Part shown: piece after piece, positions 33,207-41,150 of the stretch
Layout: each line of letters opens with the position of its first letter
How positions within the stretch are numbered: the first letter of the stretch is position 1
IMG/VR virus record: IMGVR_UViG_2534681696_000002
Direction: 5' to 3' (one strand)
DNA: 62,154 nucleotides
Origin: a virus
Notes under the pieces: model-generated
The model's input: the letters and a program-made list of their open reading frames with translations, nothing else
Database searches by the model: none
Told to the model about the DNA's origin: nothing
Translations under genes and position numbers: made by a program

Positions 33207-34292
33207 CTATGAAACTTTCGGTTGTTGTTTTTCGAAGTCCCAGTCGTCGGGATCGTATTCAGCACCCCAAACCGTCTCGATAACTGTATCGGATTTTAAC
33301 GGCAGCGATAGTTCTACCGATTCCGTCATGTATTTAGTAATCAGATCGCAGTTTTCTTTCGTCAGATCCTTCGCAGGTACTTCGACCTTTATTTCATCGT
33401 GAATACTTGCGTTAAAATACCAACCACGTTTTACACATTCGTGATATAGTCCGATCATATTAATCTTTAGGATATCCGCGCCCGTGCCCTGAATTACTGA
33501 GTTAAAGCTAGCTCGTTCCCAGTACGATACCATGTTGCGCATATCCGCGAGTGGCTTGATTAACTCTTCTAATTCGTCGAGCCTTTCTTGCAGGTGCTTC
33601 GCTTTTGTCTTCGCATACTGTCCGCGCACTCGCTTGCGTTCGATGTAATAGTCCATTAACTTACGCTCATTGCGTTTTACTAGTTTCGAATGTTCAGCGA
33701 GATAAGGGAAGCGGCGCTTTCGTCCGTATAAAGTTTCGCTATAGCCGTTATCATATGCAAATTGTCTTTTATCACGTACCATCGTAATAAACGAAGGAAA
33801 CGCCGTATCGAACTTCTCATAAAACATATCGCCGACTTCTCTCGTAACACCCATCGTCGTACAGAAGTTATCGACTTTCTGATCGTATGATTTCGCTAGT
33901 ACGCCCGTTTTCATCATTGCGCGAGGTTGGAAACGCCCTGTAGGATCATACGCCTTGTCTATGCAATACTTTTCGTCTAGATTGAAAACCATCATTGCCA
34001 TTGTTGTATATAAATCTTTGCCCGCAGTAAAAATCGATCGCAGCGAGTTATCGCCGTATACTGTCCACATGATATGCGCCATAATTCGCGGCTCAATTTG
34101 CGATAGATCGGCAGCTAAATAAAACCAACCTTCACGCGGTTTAAATGCGCCACGTACTCGCTTACCTTCTTTCGATCTTGCGGGAATGTTTTGCAAGTTT
34201 GACCCCTTCGATACCTTATCGTCATTTTGTACGAGTTTCTTTACGATATCGATATAGTTATTGTCGTTAACATCGATAGGAAATGCCGCCAT
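33207..34292 (-). CDS. Family-A DNA polymerase, C-terminal fragment (fingers/palm)
   Basis: ...GSNLQNIPARS..., LAADLSQIEPRIMAH (motif A-like) and SIHDEIKVEV (motif C). Own RBS GAGAGG and ATG. Confidence 0.85.
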   Translation of the reverse strand: MAAFPIDVNDNNYIDIVKKLVQNDDKVSKGSNLQNIPARSKEGKRVRGAFKPREGWFYLAADLSQIEPRIMAHIMWTVYGDNSLRSIFTAGKDLYTTMAMMVFNLDEKYCIDKAYDPTGRFQPRAMMKTGVLAKSYDQKVDNFCTTMGVTREVGDMFYEKFDTAFPSFITMVRDKRQFAYDNGYSETLYGRKRRFPYLAEHSKLVKRNERKLMDYYIERKRVRGQYAKTKAKHLQERLDELEELIKPLADMRNMVSYWERASFNSVIQGTGADILKINMIGLYHECVKRGWYFNASIHDEIKVEVPAKDLTKENCDLITKYMTESVELSLPLKSDTVIETVWGAEYDPDDWDFEKQQPKVS

Positions 34293-34323
34293 ACTATCGC
34301 CTCTCTTTCGTTTATTTGGATAT

Positions 34324-34346
34324 AAAAAGAACGCCCGAAGGCGTCC
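34324..34346 (-). terminator. Terminator after the 454-aa gene
   Basis: Minus-strand GGACGCC-TTCG-GGCGTTC followed by TTTTT. Confidence 0.6.
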
Positions 34347-34352
34347 TATTCG

Positions 34353-35717
34353 TTATTGATCTAATCGGTGATCTACTGGTGTAACTAGTTCAACCGTTGC
34401 CCAGTTAGCTGAGCTAGATCGACCGCTTACGTTAACTTGTGCGTCATGTGGTTTGTTTTGTTGAATTACTTCGCCGATATCTCCGACTTCTAGCAATCCG
34501 CCGCATGTATTCACAACGCGAACGATATCGCCTTTCTTTAATTCGCCCTCTTGACGTCCTAGATCTTCGAACATCTTACGTTGCTTGATCGCAGCGAGTT
34601 CTTTTTTCGCATCTTCGACTTCGGCAGCCGTTGCGTTTCGTAAGTTTTCGTAGTACTTGAAACCTTCGACGCTTCCGTCTAGTTTCGTAATGTATAAACC
34701 GTCGTTACTTTTTCGACCGACCGCGACTACTACTTCGCCGATATCGTACTTCTTCGTGCCTTGACCTGTTACGATCAGGTATGCGCCTTTTTCCGTATTT
34801 ACTTGCGAATCTTTGTATGCCTTAACTTCTTTCGGCGTCATAATTTCGAAGTCTAGCGCATGGATTGATAGTCTGAAACCCTTTCCGTCGGCTTGTCCGA
34901 TGATGCCGAAACCGTCGCTATGCTTTCCTGTTACGATAATTACGCGATCATTTTTAAGTCCGTGCGAAGCGTATCGAGGTTTCGTATGTTTGTCGCCTAC
35001 GATCTTAACGTGTGCGCCTTCCTTAACCATTTCGACTTTCGCTTTTGTCGCATCTTCTTGCGTAGCGATCTCTACTTCTTTGCATCGCGCCCACTCTGAC
35101 GCGCCCGACGTTGGTGTGTGTAACGGCGCTACTCGAATAGGTACGCCGCATTCTTTAGGCTCTTGGAATACTACGACCGCGATGTCGCCTGTTTCGAAAT
35201 TAGACCCGAATCGATCGCCTTTCGTAATTCGTACGAAGTCGCCCTTCTTTAAAGCGTTGACCGCTTTGAAGTGTTTCTGTTCTTCGATCGCTTTAATTTC
35301 GCTTTCTGTTAACTTTGTCGCATATTCTTCGATGATAACCGCTTCGCGTCCGTCTTCTTTCTTAACTCGGATCGGGAAATGCTTTGTCGGATCATACTCG
35401 ACAACTTCCACGACCTCGCCGTCCGTAAGTAATACGTCAGCCGTATTCGTATTAATTTTAACGATGTCGCCTTTTGCGAATGGCTCTACGATAAGCCCGA
35501 CCACTTCGAATGTATTTTTTAAGAAGTACGTAATGTCGCGATCGCGTTCGTGCGTACTCATTCCAATGCCGTGTCCGAATAACTTGCCGTTATCTAGCCA
35601 AAACGTGAAGCCGTTTTTATCTACGTTTTTAATCTTGTACTTTTCCATTGCTTGCATTGCTAATGCTCCCGATAATTTCATACCGATTTTAATTTCGTTT
35701 GCTTGTGCGTTGTTCAT
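34353..35717 (-). CDS. 454-aa protein of repeated SH3/KOW-like modules, inserted between the two polymerase fragments
   Basis: Recurrent KGDIVKIN, KKGDFVRITKGD, GDIAVVVF, GAHVKIVGD and KKGDIVRVVN...VGDIGEVIQ. No HNH, GIY-YIG or LAGLIDADG motif seen. Confidence 0.6.
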   Translation of the reverse strand: MNNAQANEIKIGMKLSGALAMQAMEKYKIKNVDKNGFTFWLDNGKLFGHGIGMSTHERDRDITYFLKNTFEVVGLIVEPFAKGDIVKINTNTADVLLTDGEVVEVVEYDPTKHFPIRVKKEDGREAVIIEEYATKLTESEIKAIEEQKHFKAVNALKKGDFVRITKGDRFGSNFETGDIAVVVFQEPKECGVPIRVAPLHTPTSGASEWARCKEVEIATQEDATKAKVEMVKEGAHVKIVGDKHTKPRYASHGLKNDRVIIVTGKHSDGFGIIGQADGKGFRLSIHALDFEIMTPKEVKAYKDSQVNTEKGAYLIVTGQGTKKYDIGEVVVAVGRKSNDGLYITKLDGSVEGFKYYENLRNATAAEVEDAKKELAAIKQRKMFEDLGRQEGELKKGDIVRVVNTCGGLLEVGDIGEVIQQNKPHDAQVNVSGRSSSANWATVELVTPVDHRLDQ

Positions 35718-35758
35718 AATTAATAACCCCGTTTCAATTGTTTGTTAAGGCTCTTTGT

Positions 35759-35778
35759 CCTTACACGTACATAAACGC
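35759..35778 (-). promoter_or_regulatory. Intergenic 20-bp box, copy j (GCGTTTATGTACGTGTAAGG)
   Basis: 41 nt before ATG 35717, inside the polymerase split. Confidence 0.7.
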
Positions 35779-35808
35779 AGCACATTTTCGTAATCGGGTT
35801 AACGAAAT

Positions 35809-35833
35809 AAAAAAAGAGCGCATATAGCGCCCT
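35809..35833 (-). terminator. Terminator overlapping the stop of the polymerase N-fragment
   Basis: Minus-strand TAG-GGCGCTATATGCGCTCT followed by TTTTTTT. Confidence 0.6.
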
Positions 35834-37607
35834 ATCTAAATTCGTCCAGTATGTCGATCGGTCTTCCGTTGTATGCAGCAGAACTGTATCGACCTGTATT
35901 CGTTCCGCCCGCATCGAATTTCGAATGAAAGCGCCCGTCTACTTCCATTACTTGCGGAATCTTTAGTACGAACGTATTTAGTAACGTTTGATATTCCGCC
36001 ACCGTTGCGAGTGGTTTTAATGTCGGCTCGTCTTCGAAGTACATTTTCAGTACGTCCGCCGATGTCGATCGTTTCTTTCCTTTTTGGATTCGGTGCGTAC
36101 GATCCTTAATACCCAGATGATCGTAGATTAAATAACCGATGTGATTGCCGTTTGTGAATTCGAAGGATTCGATCTTGTGCGGGTGATCGTCCACTTTGAT
36201 TAACGCGTTTAATTCGGTGCGCTCGTCTCTATATTTTTTGATCCTTGCGAGAATATCCGCATATCGTTTCGTATGGGTCTTGTTATCTTCTTCGGCTTTC
36301 TTGCGATCATCATGCAGCTTCGCCAATCTCTTATTTAATGTATCGAGTTTCTTTTTATTCTTCGTACGCCACTCGATAATTTTCTTACTGTTATTCGTAT
36401 AGGACATCGCCTCTAGAAACTTATCATCGATTTGATATGCGTCGTATACGGCTTGCGTAGCTTCTTCGGCTTTCTCTCGGAACTCGTTTTCTAGTCCGCC
36501 TAGTTCGTCTAGATCAACGTGAAAACCTGATCGCATTAAGTACGTATCGACTTGCGGCAGCCTACTATCGATTTTTGCGTAACAAGCTAGTAGATTATCG
36601 GTTTTCTTCATTGTTTCGAATTGCCATTCGGTCAACTTCCAACCGTAATAAACATCGTATATCGCGTAGATCCCTACGATAGTTGTGTTAAATGGCGCAG
36701 GTGATCGCGCACCGAAGAGATCGTCGAACGTATAAACTTCGTTATGAATCCCTAAAAATCGACTTCCGTATCGTTGGATCAGCGGTTTTAATCCGTATCG
36801 ATCTAGTGATTCGGTCATGATTTTCATTGCGTCCAGTGAATCCCATACGCAGCCGTTAATCGTATAGCCGTCATTCTCAGCAATATGTAAATCATATCGG
36901 GCGCTTCCCATATGAAACGATTTCCCGTGATCCTTATTTGATAAGTACGGCGATATTGTTGCGAGAACTTTCGATCTCGTTAATTGCTGATCGCCCTCTT
37001 TATATGCGTACTCTCTCGGAATGTCAGGATCGTTTATGTCAACATGACCATACGCAAGATAGTAGCCTTCGTTTAGTATCGGCAGCCATATCGAAAAGCC
37101 GATCGATAGATCTAAAAACGAATCTATTCCCGTTCCCTCGAAATCGTTTGCGGTTAACGATTTAACGCCTAGCATTTCGAAACGATCCGCCCACTGATCC
37201 ATTTGTAAGCGCACTTCTTCACGCAATCGCACTAGAAACGCCTCTAATTGTGAGTCGTTCGTTAATACATGGAAATTATGCGGGTGATTGTCGAGTACAT
37301 CTTGTATGCGTTGCTTTCTGATTTGCGAATCTTTCTTGCGTAGGTATTTCTCGCCGATCGATAGCGCTTCGCCTTTTGCCATTTTCCCACTTTTCGTACG
37401 TCCCGCTTTACCTTCGGCAAACGCTTCGATTGCAGCTTGTAGTTGTCGTTCTTCTTTTTTCGTTAATGACATTTGCGAGATCCTTTGTAGCGCTTCTTCG
37501 ACGGATTCGCTTGCGTCCGCTACTTTCTGTTTGACCTCTTTCGATCGGCTTCGCTTTTCCTCGCTATTATCCGACATTGCTAAATTGATTTGTAAATCTA
37601 GTTTCAT
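35832..37607 (-). CDS. Family-A DNA polymerase, N-terminal fragment (3'-5' exonuclease plus thumb/start of fingers)
   Basis: Exo I-like TANDFEGTGID. Ends ...GGTNTGRYSSAAYNGRPIDILDEFR, i.e. at the conserved TGR.SS element that normally precedes NLQNIP. Confidence 0.85.
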   Translation of the reverse strand: MKLDLQINLAMSDNSEEKRSRSKEVKQKVADASESVEEALQRISQMSLTKKEERQLQAAIEAFAEGKAGRTKSGKMAKGEALSIGEKYLRKKDSQIRKQRIQDVLDNHPHNFHVLTNDSQLEAFLVRLREEVRLQMDQWADRFEMLGVKSLTANDFEGTGIDSFLDLSIGFSIWLPILNEGYYLAYGHVDINDPDIPREYAYKEGDQQLTRSKVLATISPYLSNKDHGKSFHMGSARYDLHIAENDGYTINGCVWDSLDAMKIMTESLDRYGLKPLIQRYGSRFLGIHNEVYTFDDLFGARSPAPFNTTIVGIYAIYDVYYGWKLTEWQFETMKKTDNLLACYAKIDSRLPQVDTYLMRSGFHVDLDELGGLENEFREKAEEATQAVYDAYQIDDKFLEAMSYTNNSKKIIEWRTKNKKKLDTLNKRLAKLHDDRKKAEEDNKTHTKRYADILARIKKYRDERTELNALIKVDDHPHKIESFEFTNGNHIGYLIYDHLGIKDRTHRIQKGKKRSTSADVLKMYFEDEPTLKPLATVAEYQTLLNTFVLKIPQVMEVDGRFHSKFDAGGTNTGRYSSAAYNGRPIDILDEFR

Positions 37608-37633
37608 ACGATCAATCCTTTCGTAATTTAGAT

Positions 37634-37660
37634 AAAAAGAAAGAGCGCATATAGCGCCCT
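37634..37660 (-). terminator. Terminator (AGGGCGC...GCGCTCT family)
   Basis: Minus-strand AGGGCGCTATATGCGCTCT followed by TTCTTTTT. Confidence 0.6.
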
Positions 37661-37665
37661 ATCTC

Positions 37666-38388
37666 TTAAAATCCTGTATCGTTGTCGCCTTCTTCTTTCT
37701 TCTCTTCTTCGATACCTAATCGAGATACATCGAAGCCGAATGCCTTTAAGTCTTCGATCTGTTTTTCTTGATCGTTAACCTGTAGCACTTCACCGAATGC
37801 CGCCATAGGGAATTCGAAGTCTTTAGATTCTTCGAACTTCGCGAATTCAGATTCTTTTAAGTCGTCCTCAGGATCTAACACTAATGAGAACGATACTTGC
37901 GTGTCAGTTGACGAACCCGTCTTCGTTAATTCGAATGGATATTTGCCTAACTTCTTCGCATACTTTTGAAGATCGCCGACGATCGCCTTACCTTGCTTCG
38001 CCGTGAAATCTACGATAATCGGTTGCCCGTCCTCTAAGTTAACGAATCCGATCATATAGCGTTCTTTCGCCTTTAATAAGTACGCGCGATCCTTGATATC
38101 TTTAACTTCTTTTTCAGACTTGCCCGCATCTTCCGCAGCTTTTGCGTCTTTGTATAATAAGTCGCAAGCTAAATCGTATAAGTCAGGTTTTCCGCTAGGT
38201 TTCGTACATGGCGTTGTATAGAATACTTTGTACGCAGAATGTGCGAAGTATTTAACTACCGCCGTAGGTAACGCACGAACTCGCAATACCTTACCTGTTT
38301 TTACTGACGTTAACATTTTCGACGTGTCCGTCTTCTCCGTTAAAGCCGCCTCGATTGCTTCTGTTCCTGTAGATACGATGTATGACAT
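37666..38388 (-). CDS. Putative ssDNA-binding protein (acidic C-terminal tail)
   Basis: About 240 aa ending ...EEEKKEEGDNDTGF (SSB/gp2.5-like tail). Directly upstream of the polymerase. Start ATG 38388 (alternative GTG 38394). Confidence 0.4.
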   Translation of the reverse strand: MSYIVSTGTEAIEAALTEKTDTSKMLTSVKTGKVLRVRALPTAVVKYFAHSAYKVFYTTPCTKPSGKPDLYDLACDLLYKDAKAAEDAGKSEKEVKDIKDRAYLLKAKERYMIGFVNLEDGQPIIVDFTAKQGKAIVGDLQKYAKKLGKYPFELTKTGSSTDTQVSFSLVLDPEDDLKESEFAKFEESKDFEFPMAAFGEVLQVNDQEKQIEDLKAFGFDVSRLGIEEEKKEEGDNDTGF

Positions 38389-38425
38389 ATTCACATTTCC
38401 CCTTTATCGATTATTTGGCGATTGC

Positions 38426-38445
38426 CCTTACACGAACATAAACGC
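38426..38445 (-). promoter_or_regulatory. Intergenic 20-bp box, copy i (GCGTTTATGTTCGTGTAAGG)
   Basis: One core substitution. 37 nt before ATG 38388. Confidence 0.65.
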
Positions 38446-38520
38446 CCCGCCGATCACAAGATCGGTCAAATGTCAATAACTTTTTTCAAGTCGAAAAAGG
38501 AGAGAGCGACTATATGCCGC

Positions 38521-38766
38521 CTATTTGTGATAGCCCTCGCTGAATAGTGGAATTAACGCCTTCATTTCATTAGCTACATGATCGTTAATATCTTCTGACG
38601 AAATGAGTTCGCCCGCTTGAATCGATAGTTCGATAGCTAGATCTAGCGCCATTTTGTCTACACTAACGCCATGATCCTTAATGTTATTTCGTTCCAATAC
38701 GCCGACCAATCCTAGCGCTATTACCTTTTGCTCTAGTGGTGTGAATTTGAATTCTTGCGCCCTCAT
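38521..38766 (-). CDS. Hypothetical acidic protein (81 aa)
   Basis: Track ORF. N-terminus resembles that of the upstream 90-aa gene. Confidence 0.45.
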   Translation of the reverse strand: MRAQEFKFTPLEQKVIALGLVGVLERNNIKDHGVSVDKMALDLAIELSIQAGELISSEDINDHVANEMKALIPLFSEGYHK

Positions 38767-39038
38767 TATTCGTTACCCCCTGATTTTAAGAATGCTTTCG
38801 CTACCGTTTCGAAAATATCGTTAAGTGTGCGCCCGATATCTTCATTCGACTGGTTATCGTCAATGTCGTTACCTAGTCTTTCGAATTGCTCGTCTCTTCC
38901 CGCCTCTTGCCACGCATCGAAGTCGTATTGATCTTCGTTTTTGATCTCGATGTCTTCTTCCGACATTACTGCGAATAGTGCCCCAGTTAATGCGATTTGT
39001 TGTTTCCAATCTAGATTTAACGTTAATTTTTTAGACAT
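38766..39038 (-). CDS. Hypothetical very acidic protein (90 aa)
   Basis: Track ORF, D/E-rich (EEDIEIKNEDQYDFDAWQEAGRDEQFERLGNDIDDNQSNED). Confidence 0.45.
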   Translation of the reverse strand: MSKKLTLNLDWKQQIALTGALFAVMSEEDIEIKNEDQYDFDAWQEAGRDEQFERLGNDIDDNQSNEDIGRTLNDIFETVAKAFLKSGGNE

Positions 39039-39040
39039 GG

Positions 39041-39184
39041 TTATCGTCTCCCTTTATTTCGATTTATGATCTTATCGATTAATACCGATGATCCATACCC
39101 GACTAACGCCGACACGCAATATACAATCACAATGCCGATCATTAGTCCGATTAGTTCCAATACTGTTAGATGTGCCGTACTCAT
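39041..39184 (-). CDS. Small membrane protein (47 aa)
   Basis: ATGA-coupled. Product MSTAHLTVLELIGLMIGIVIVYCVSALVGYGSSVLIDKIINRNKGRR. Confidence 0.4.
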   Translation of the reverse strand: MSTAHLTVLELIGLMIGIVIVYCVSALVGYGSSVLIDKIINRNKGRR

Positions 39185-39711
39185 ATGAATAGTGCGATCC
39201 CTTTTGCGATCTTGCTTTTCTCGACTTTTGCCGCAATAAGTTTCGTTTTCGCTTCGCCTCTTAATCGACGATGAATCCCCGTAGAATAGCCATTTCGCTT
39301 TAATGAGTCGTACATCTTTTGCTCTAGTTGATATTCGCGATTGCGTCTATCGAATTCGGCTTGCAGCTTTACGATCTCGCGCTCCATATCCTCTAGCTTC
39401 GACATTAAGATCGGCTTGATAATATCGCGCAGCTCGTCCGACGCGATGTTACGACGATAAGCCGTGATAACTACGTCTTCATTTAGATCTAATACGAAGC
39501 AATATCGACGATATGCGAATAATCGATCTGTTTTTCCGCTATGATCCGCGATTTCCCCTAGATATGTCGCTTCTTTCATGAATTCGCGCATATAATGACG
39601 TACCTTTTCGTCGTTGATTCGCCCAGTAGATGCGATCATTTCGTCTTGTTGTAACTCTTCTCTCATTTCTTTAATTGCGTGATATGTAAATTTAAGCGCT
39701 GATGTAGTCAT
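39181..39711 (-). CDS. Hypothetical protein (176 aa), C-terminal coiled coil
   Basis: Track ORF, overlapping the end of the sigma gene. Confidence 0.45.
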   Translation of the reverse strand: MTTSALKFTYHAIKEMREELQQDEMIASTGRINDEKVRHYMREFMKEATYLGEIADHSGKTDRLFAYRRYCFVLDLNEDVVITAYRRNIASDELRDIIKPILMSKLEDMEREIVKLQAEFDRRNREYQLEQKMYDSLKRNGYSTGIHRRLRGEAKTKLIAAKVEKSKIAKGIALFI

Positions 39712-40420
39712 TTGTCGTAATTCCTTCCTTCATGTTTTTAATAAATGTTCGTACTGATCCGCGAGCGCTATCGAATGATATAGATAACTTGTCCGCTAGA
39801 CGTCTAGCAATGTCAGCCTGCTTTATGTATTGTTTTTCATCCATGATAATTTCCATAATTGCTTTATTGCGGTCGTTGTCGCCGTACTTTTCGATTAATT
39901 CCGTTTCGCGAGCAGTTTCGATCGCCTCTTCCTGTACGTTTGCATTCGGATCGATGTCGGTATAAATCGGATCGCGTCCGTTGCTTGCGCTTTCGTCTTC
40001 GTCTACATGTAGTAGGGCGTCTCTCGACTCTAGTAATTCGCGTCGATCCCCTCTTCGTGTACAATGATCGCCTACAACTCGCTTAATCATCGGCTCAATT
40101 CTTGACATAAAATTACCCTTATTGATGTCGTAAGTTCTCGTAGCATAACGCAGCTTGTTAAAGCAATCCGTCAAGAAACTCGTTTCGTTATTCATTTTGT
40201 GCCAGTATTTCTCGCGAAGTATTTCGAAGTCTTGTAGGAAATATGCGAATAGCTCTTGCGACTTTGCGAATTCGCCGTTTTCTGATTGGAAGATCGCGTC
40301 ACTCGTTACCTTTTCGCTTGCGTTGCGCATTTCTTCGCCTGCTGCCGCCGCTAGTTCGTTCAATTCTTTGTGCATTGCTTTCGAAAAATCAGTTTTCAAT
40401 TTAAGATCCTTGTGTCTCAT
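39692..40420 (-). CDS. Sigma-70-family sigma factor
   Basis: Region 2-like YDINKGNFMSRIEPMIKRVVGDHCTRR. Region 4-like ...IKQADIARRLADKLSISFDSARGSVRTFIKNMKE. Confidence 0.65.
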   Translation of the reverse strand: MRHKDLKLKTDFSKAMHKELNELAAAAGEEMRNASEKVTSDAIFQSENGEFAKSQELFAYFLQDFEILREKYWHKMNNETSFLTDCFNKLRYATRTYDINKGNFMSRIEPMIKRVVGDHCTRRGDRRELLESRDALLHVDEDESASNGRDPIYTDIDPNANVQEEAIETARETELIEKYGDNDRNKAIMEIIMDEKQYIKQADIARRLADKLSISFDSARGSVRTFIKNMKEGITTNDYISA

Positions 40421-40452
40421 TGTTCATTACCTCTTTCAAATGTGTTTTTTGG

Positions 40453-40472
40453 GCTTACACGTACATAAACGC
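40453..40472 (-). promoter_or_regulatory. Intergenic 20-bp box, copy h (GCGTTTATGTACGTGTAAGC)
   Basis: 32 nt before ATG 40420 (sigma gene). Confidence 0.7.
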
Positions 40473-40555
40473 CGCCTGTTTTTCGTTCGGGTTAAACTTT
40501 TTTAAAATTTTTTTAGGAAAGTTTTTTTCGTCAGGTTTTCGAGTCGTCAGATCTA

Positions 40556-40572
40556 TTACGCAAGTTGCGTAA
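40556..40572. promoter_or_regulatory. Operator palindrome O3 (TTACGCAA-G-TTGCGTAA, perfect)
   Basis: Perfect 8-1-8 inverted repeat upstream of the sigma gene. Confidence 0.6.
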
Positions 40573-40617
40573 TCAAGAACGCATGTACGCCCCAACCCGC
40601 GCCGTTGACGCATTCAT

Positions 40618-40634
40618 TTACGCAAGTTGCGAAA
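40618..40634. promoter_or_regulatory. Operator palindrome O4 (TTACGCAA-G-TTGCGAAA)
   Basis: One mismatch. Centre lies 62 bp from O3. Confidence 0.55.
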
Positions 40635-40644
40635 TTTAGACAAA

Positions 40645-40687
40645 TAAAAAAGGCGAGTAACCCGACTAAAATAGTCAGGTACTCACC
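40645..40687 (-). terminator. Hairpin plus T-run (minus-strand terminator with no obvious upstream gene)
   Basis: Minus-strand GGTGAGTACCTGACTA-TTT-TAGTCGGGTTACTCGCC followed by TTTTTTATTT. Confidence 0.5.
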
Positions 40688-40892
40688 TAAAAAAATTAAG
40701 CAATATGCGAAAGAAAGAGTTAAATCCGAACAGTCGTTCTCTTTTCAACTCAAAAATCCTAATATATAATAAGTTTTGTAGAGGATAATAGGTAATATAT
40801 TCTACATTATTACAATATATGTCATATCAAAAATTGGCAGAATTGTACTACTTGTTTTTGTGGTAGAAAACATGTACAATAAGGCATTGTTT

Positions 40893-40972
40893 CGCTTGTG
40901 GTGAGCGATACAAACGATATTTACTTTTATAGTATTTTTTGGTTAAGGGGTGCGTTGTGGTGACGCTCCCTT
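40893..40972 (+). other. Two hairpins with an identical TGTGGTG loop (CGCT-TGTGGTG-AGCG at 40893..40907; GCGT-TGTGGTG-ACGC at 40952..40966)
   Basis: Read directly. The second extends to AAGGGGTGCGT...ACGCTCCCTT and is followed by a T-rich run. Possible ncRNA or paired protein-binding sites. Confidence 0.4.
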
Positions 40973-41005
40973 AGTTCGTTTTTGCGCAAAAAAAATAAAG
41001 GTATA

Positions 41006-41079
41006 AGATGGTTAGCCCTATACGTAAAATAGAGATTGGTTAGACCTCTTTTCGCAAGTTGTGTAAAAGATGGTTAGTC
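41006..41079. repeat. Three AGAT(T)GGTTAG boxes upstream of the second XRE regulator
   Basis: agatggttagcc at 41006, agattggttagacc at 41033, agatggttagtc at 41068. Confidence 0.6.
41050..41066. promoter_or_regulatory. Degenerate operator-like palindrome (TTTCGCAA-G-TTGTGTAA)
   Basis: Two mismatches to the operator family. Confidence 0.35.
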
Positions 41080-41150
41080 TTTTGCCACACTTTTCTATTA
41101 TAGCAAAGTCTATCCATACTGTAAACGATATACCGATATATATAGTCGGC

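Noticed and set aside
34293-35831. Intein interrupting the DNA polymerase
   Set aside because: The N-fragment frame ends at a stop codon. The gap contains terminators, a box and an independently initiated ORF, which is not a continuous in-frame insertion. A group I/II intron cannot be excluded by eye and is left as an alternative in the finding.
35720-35914. Minus-strand 64-aa ORF spanning the end of the polymerase N-fragment and the box
   Set aside because: It overlaps a terminator and box copy j, has no RBS and lies in a different frame from the well-supported polymerase ORF.
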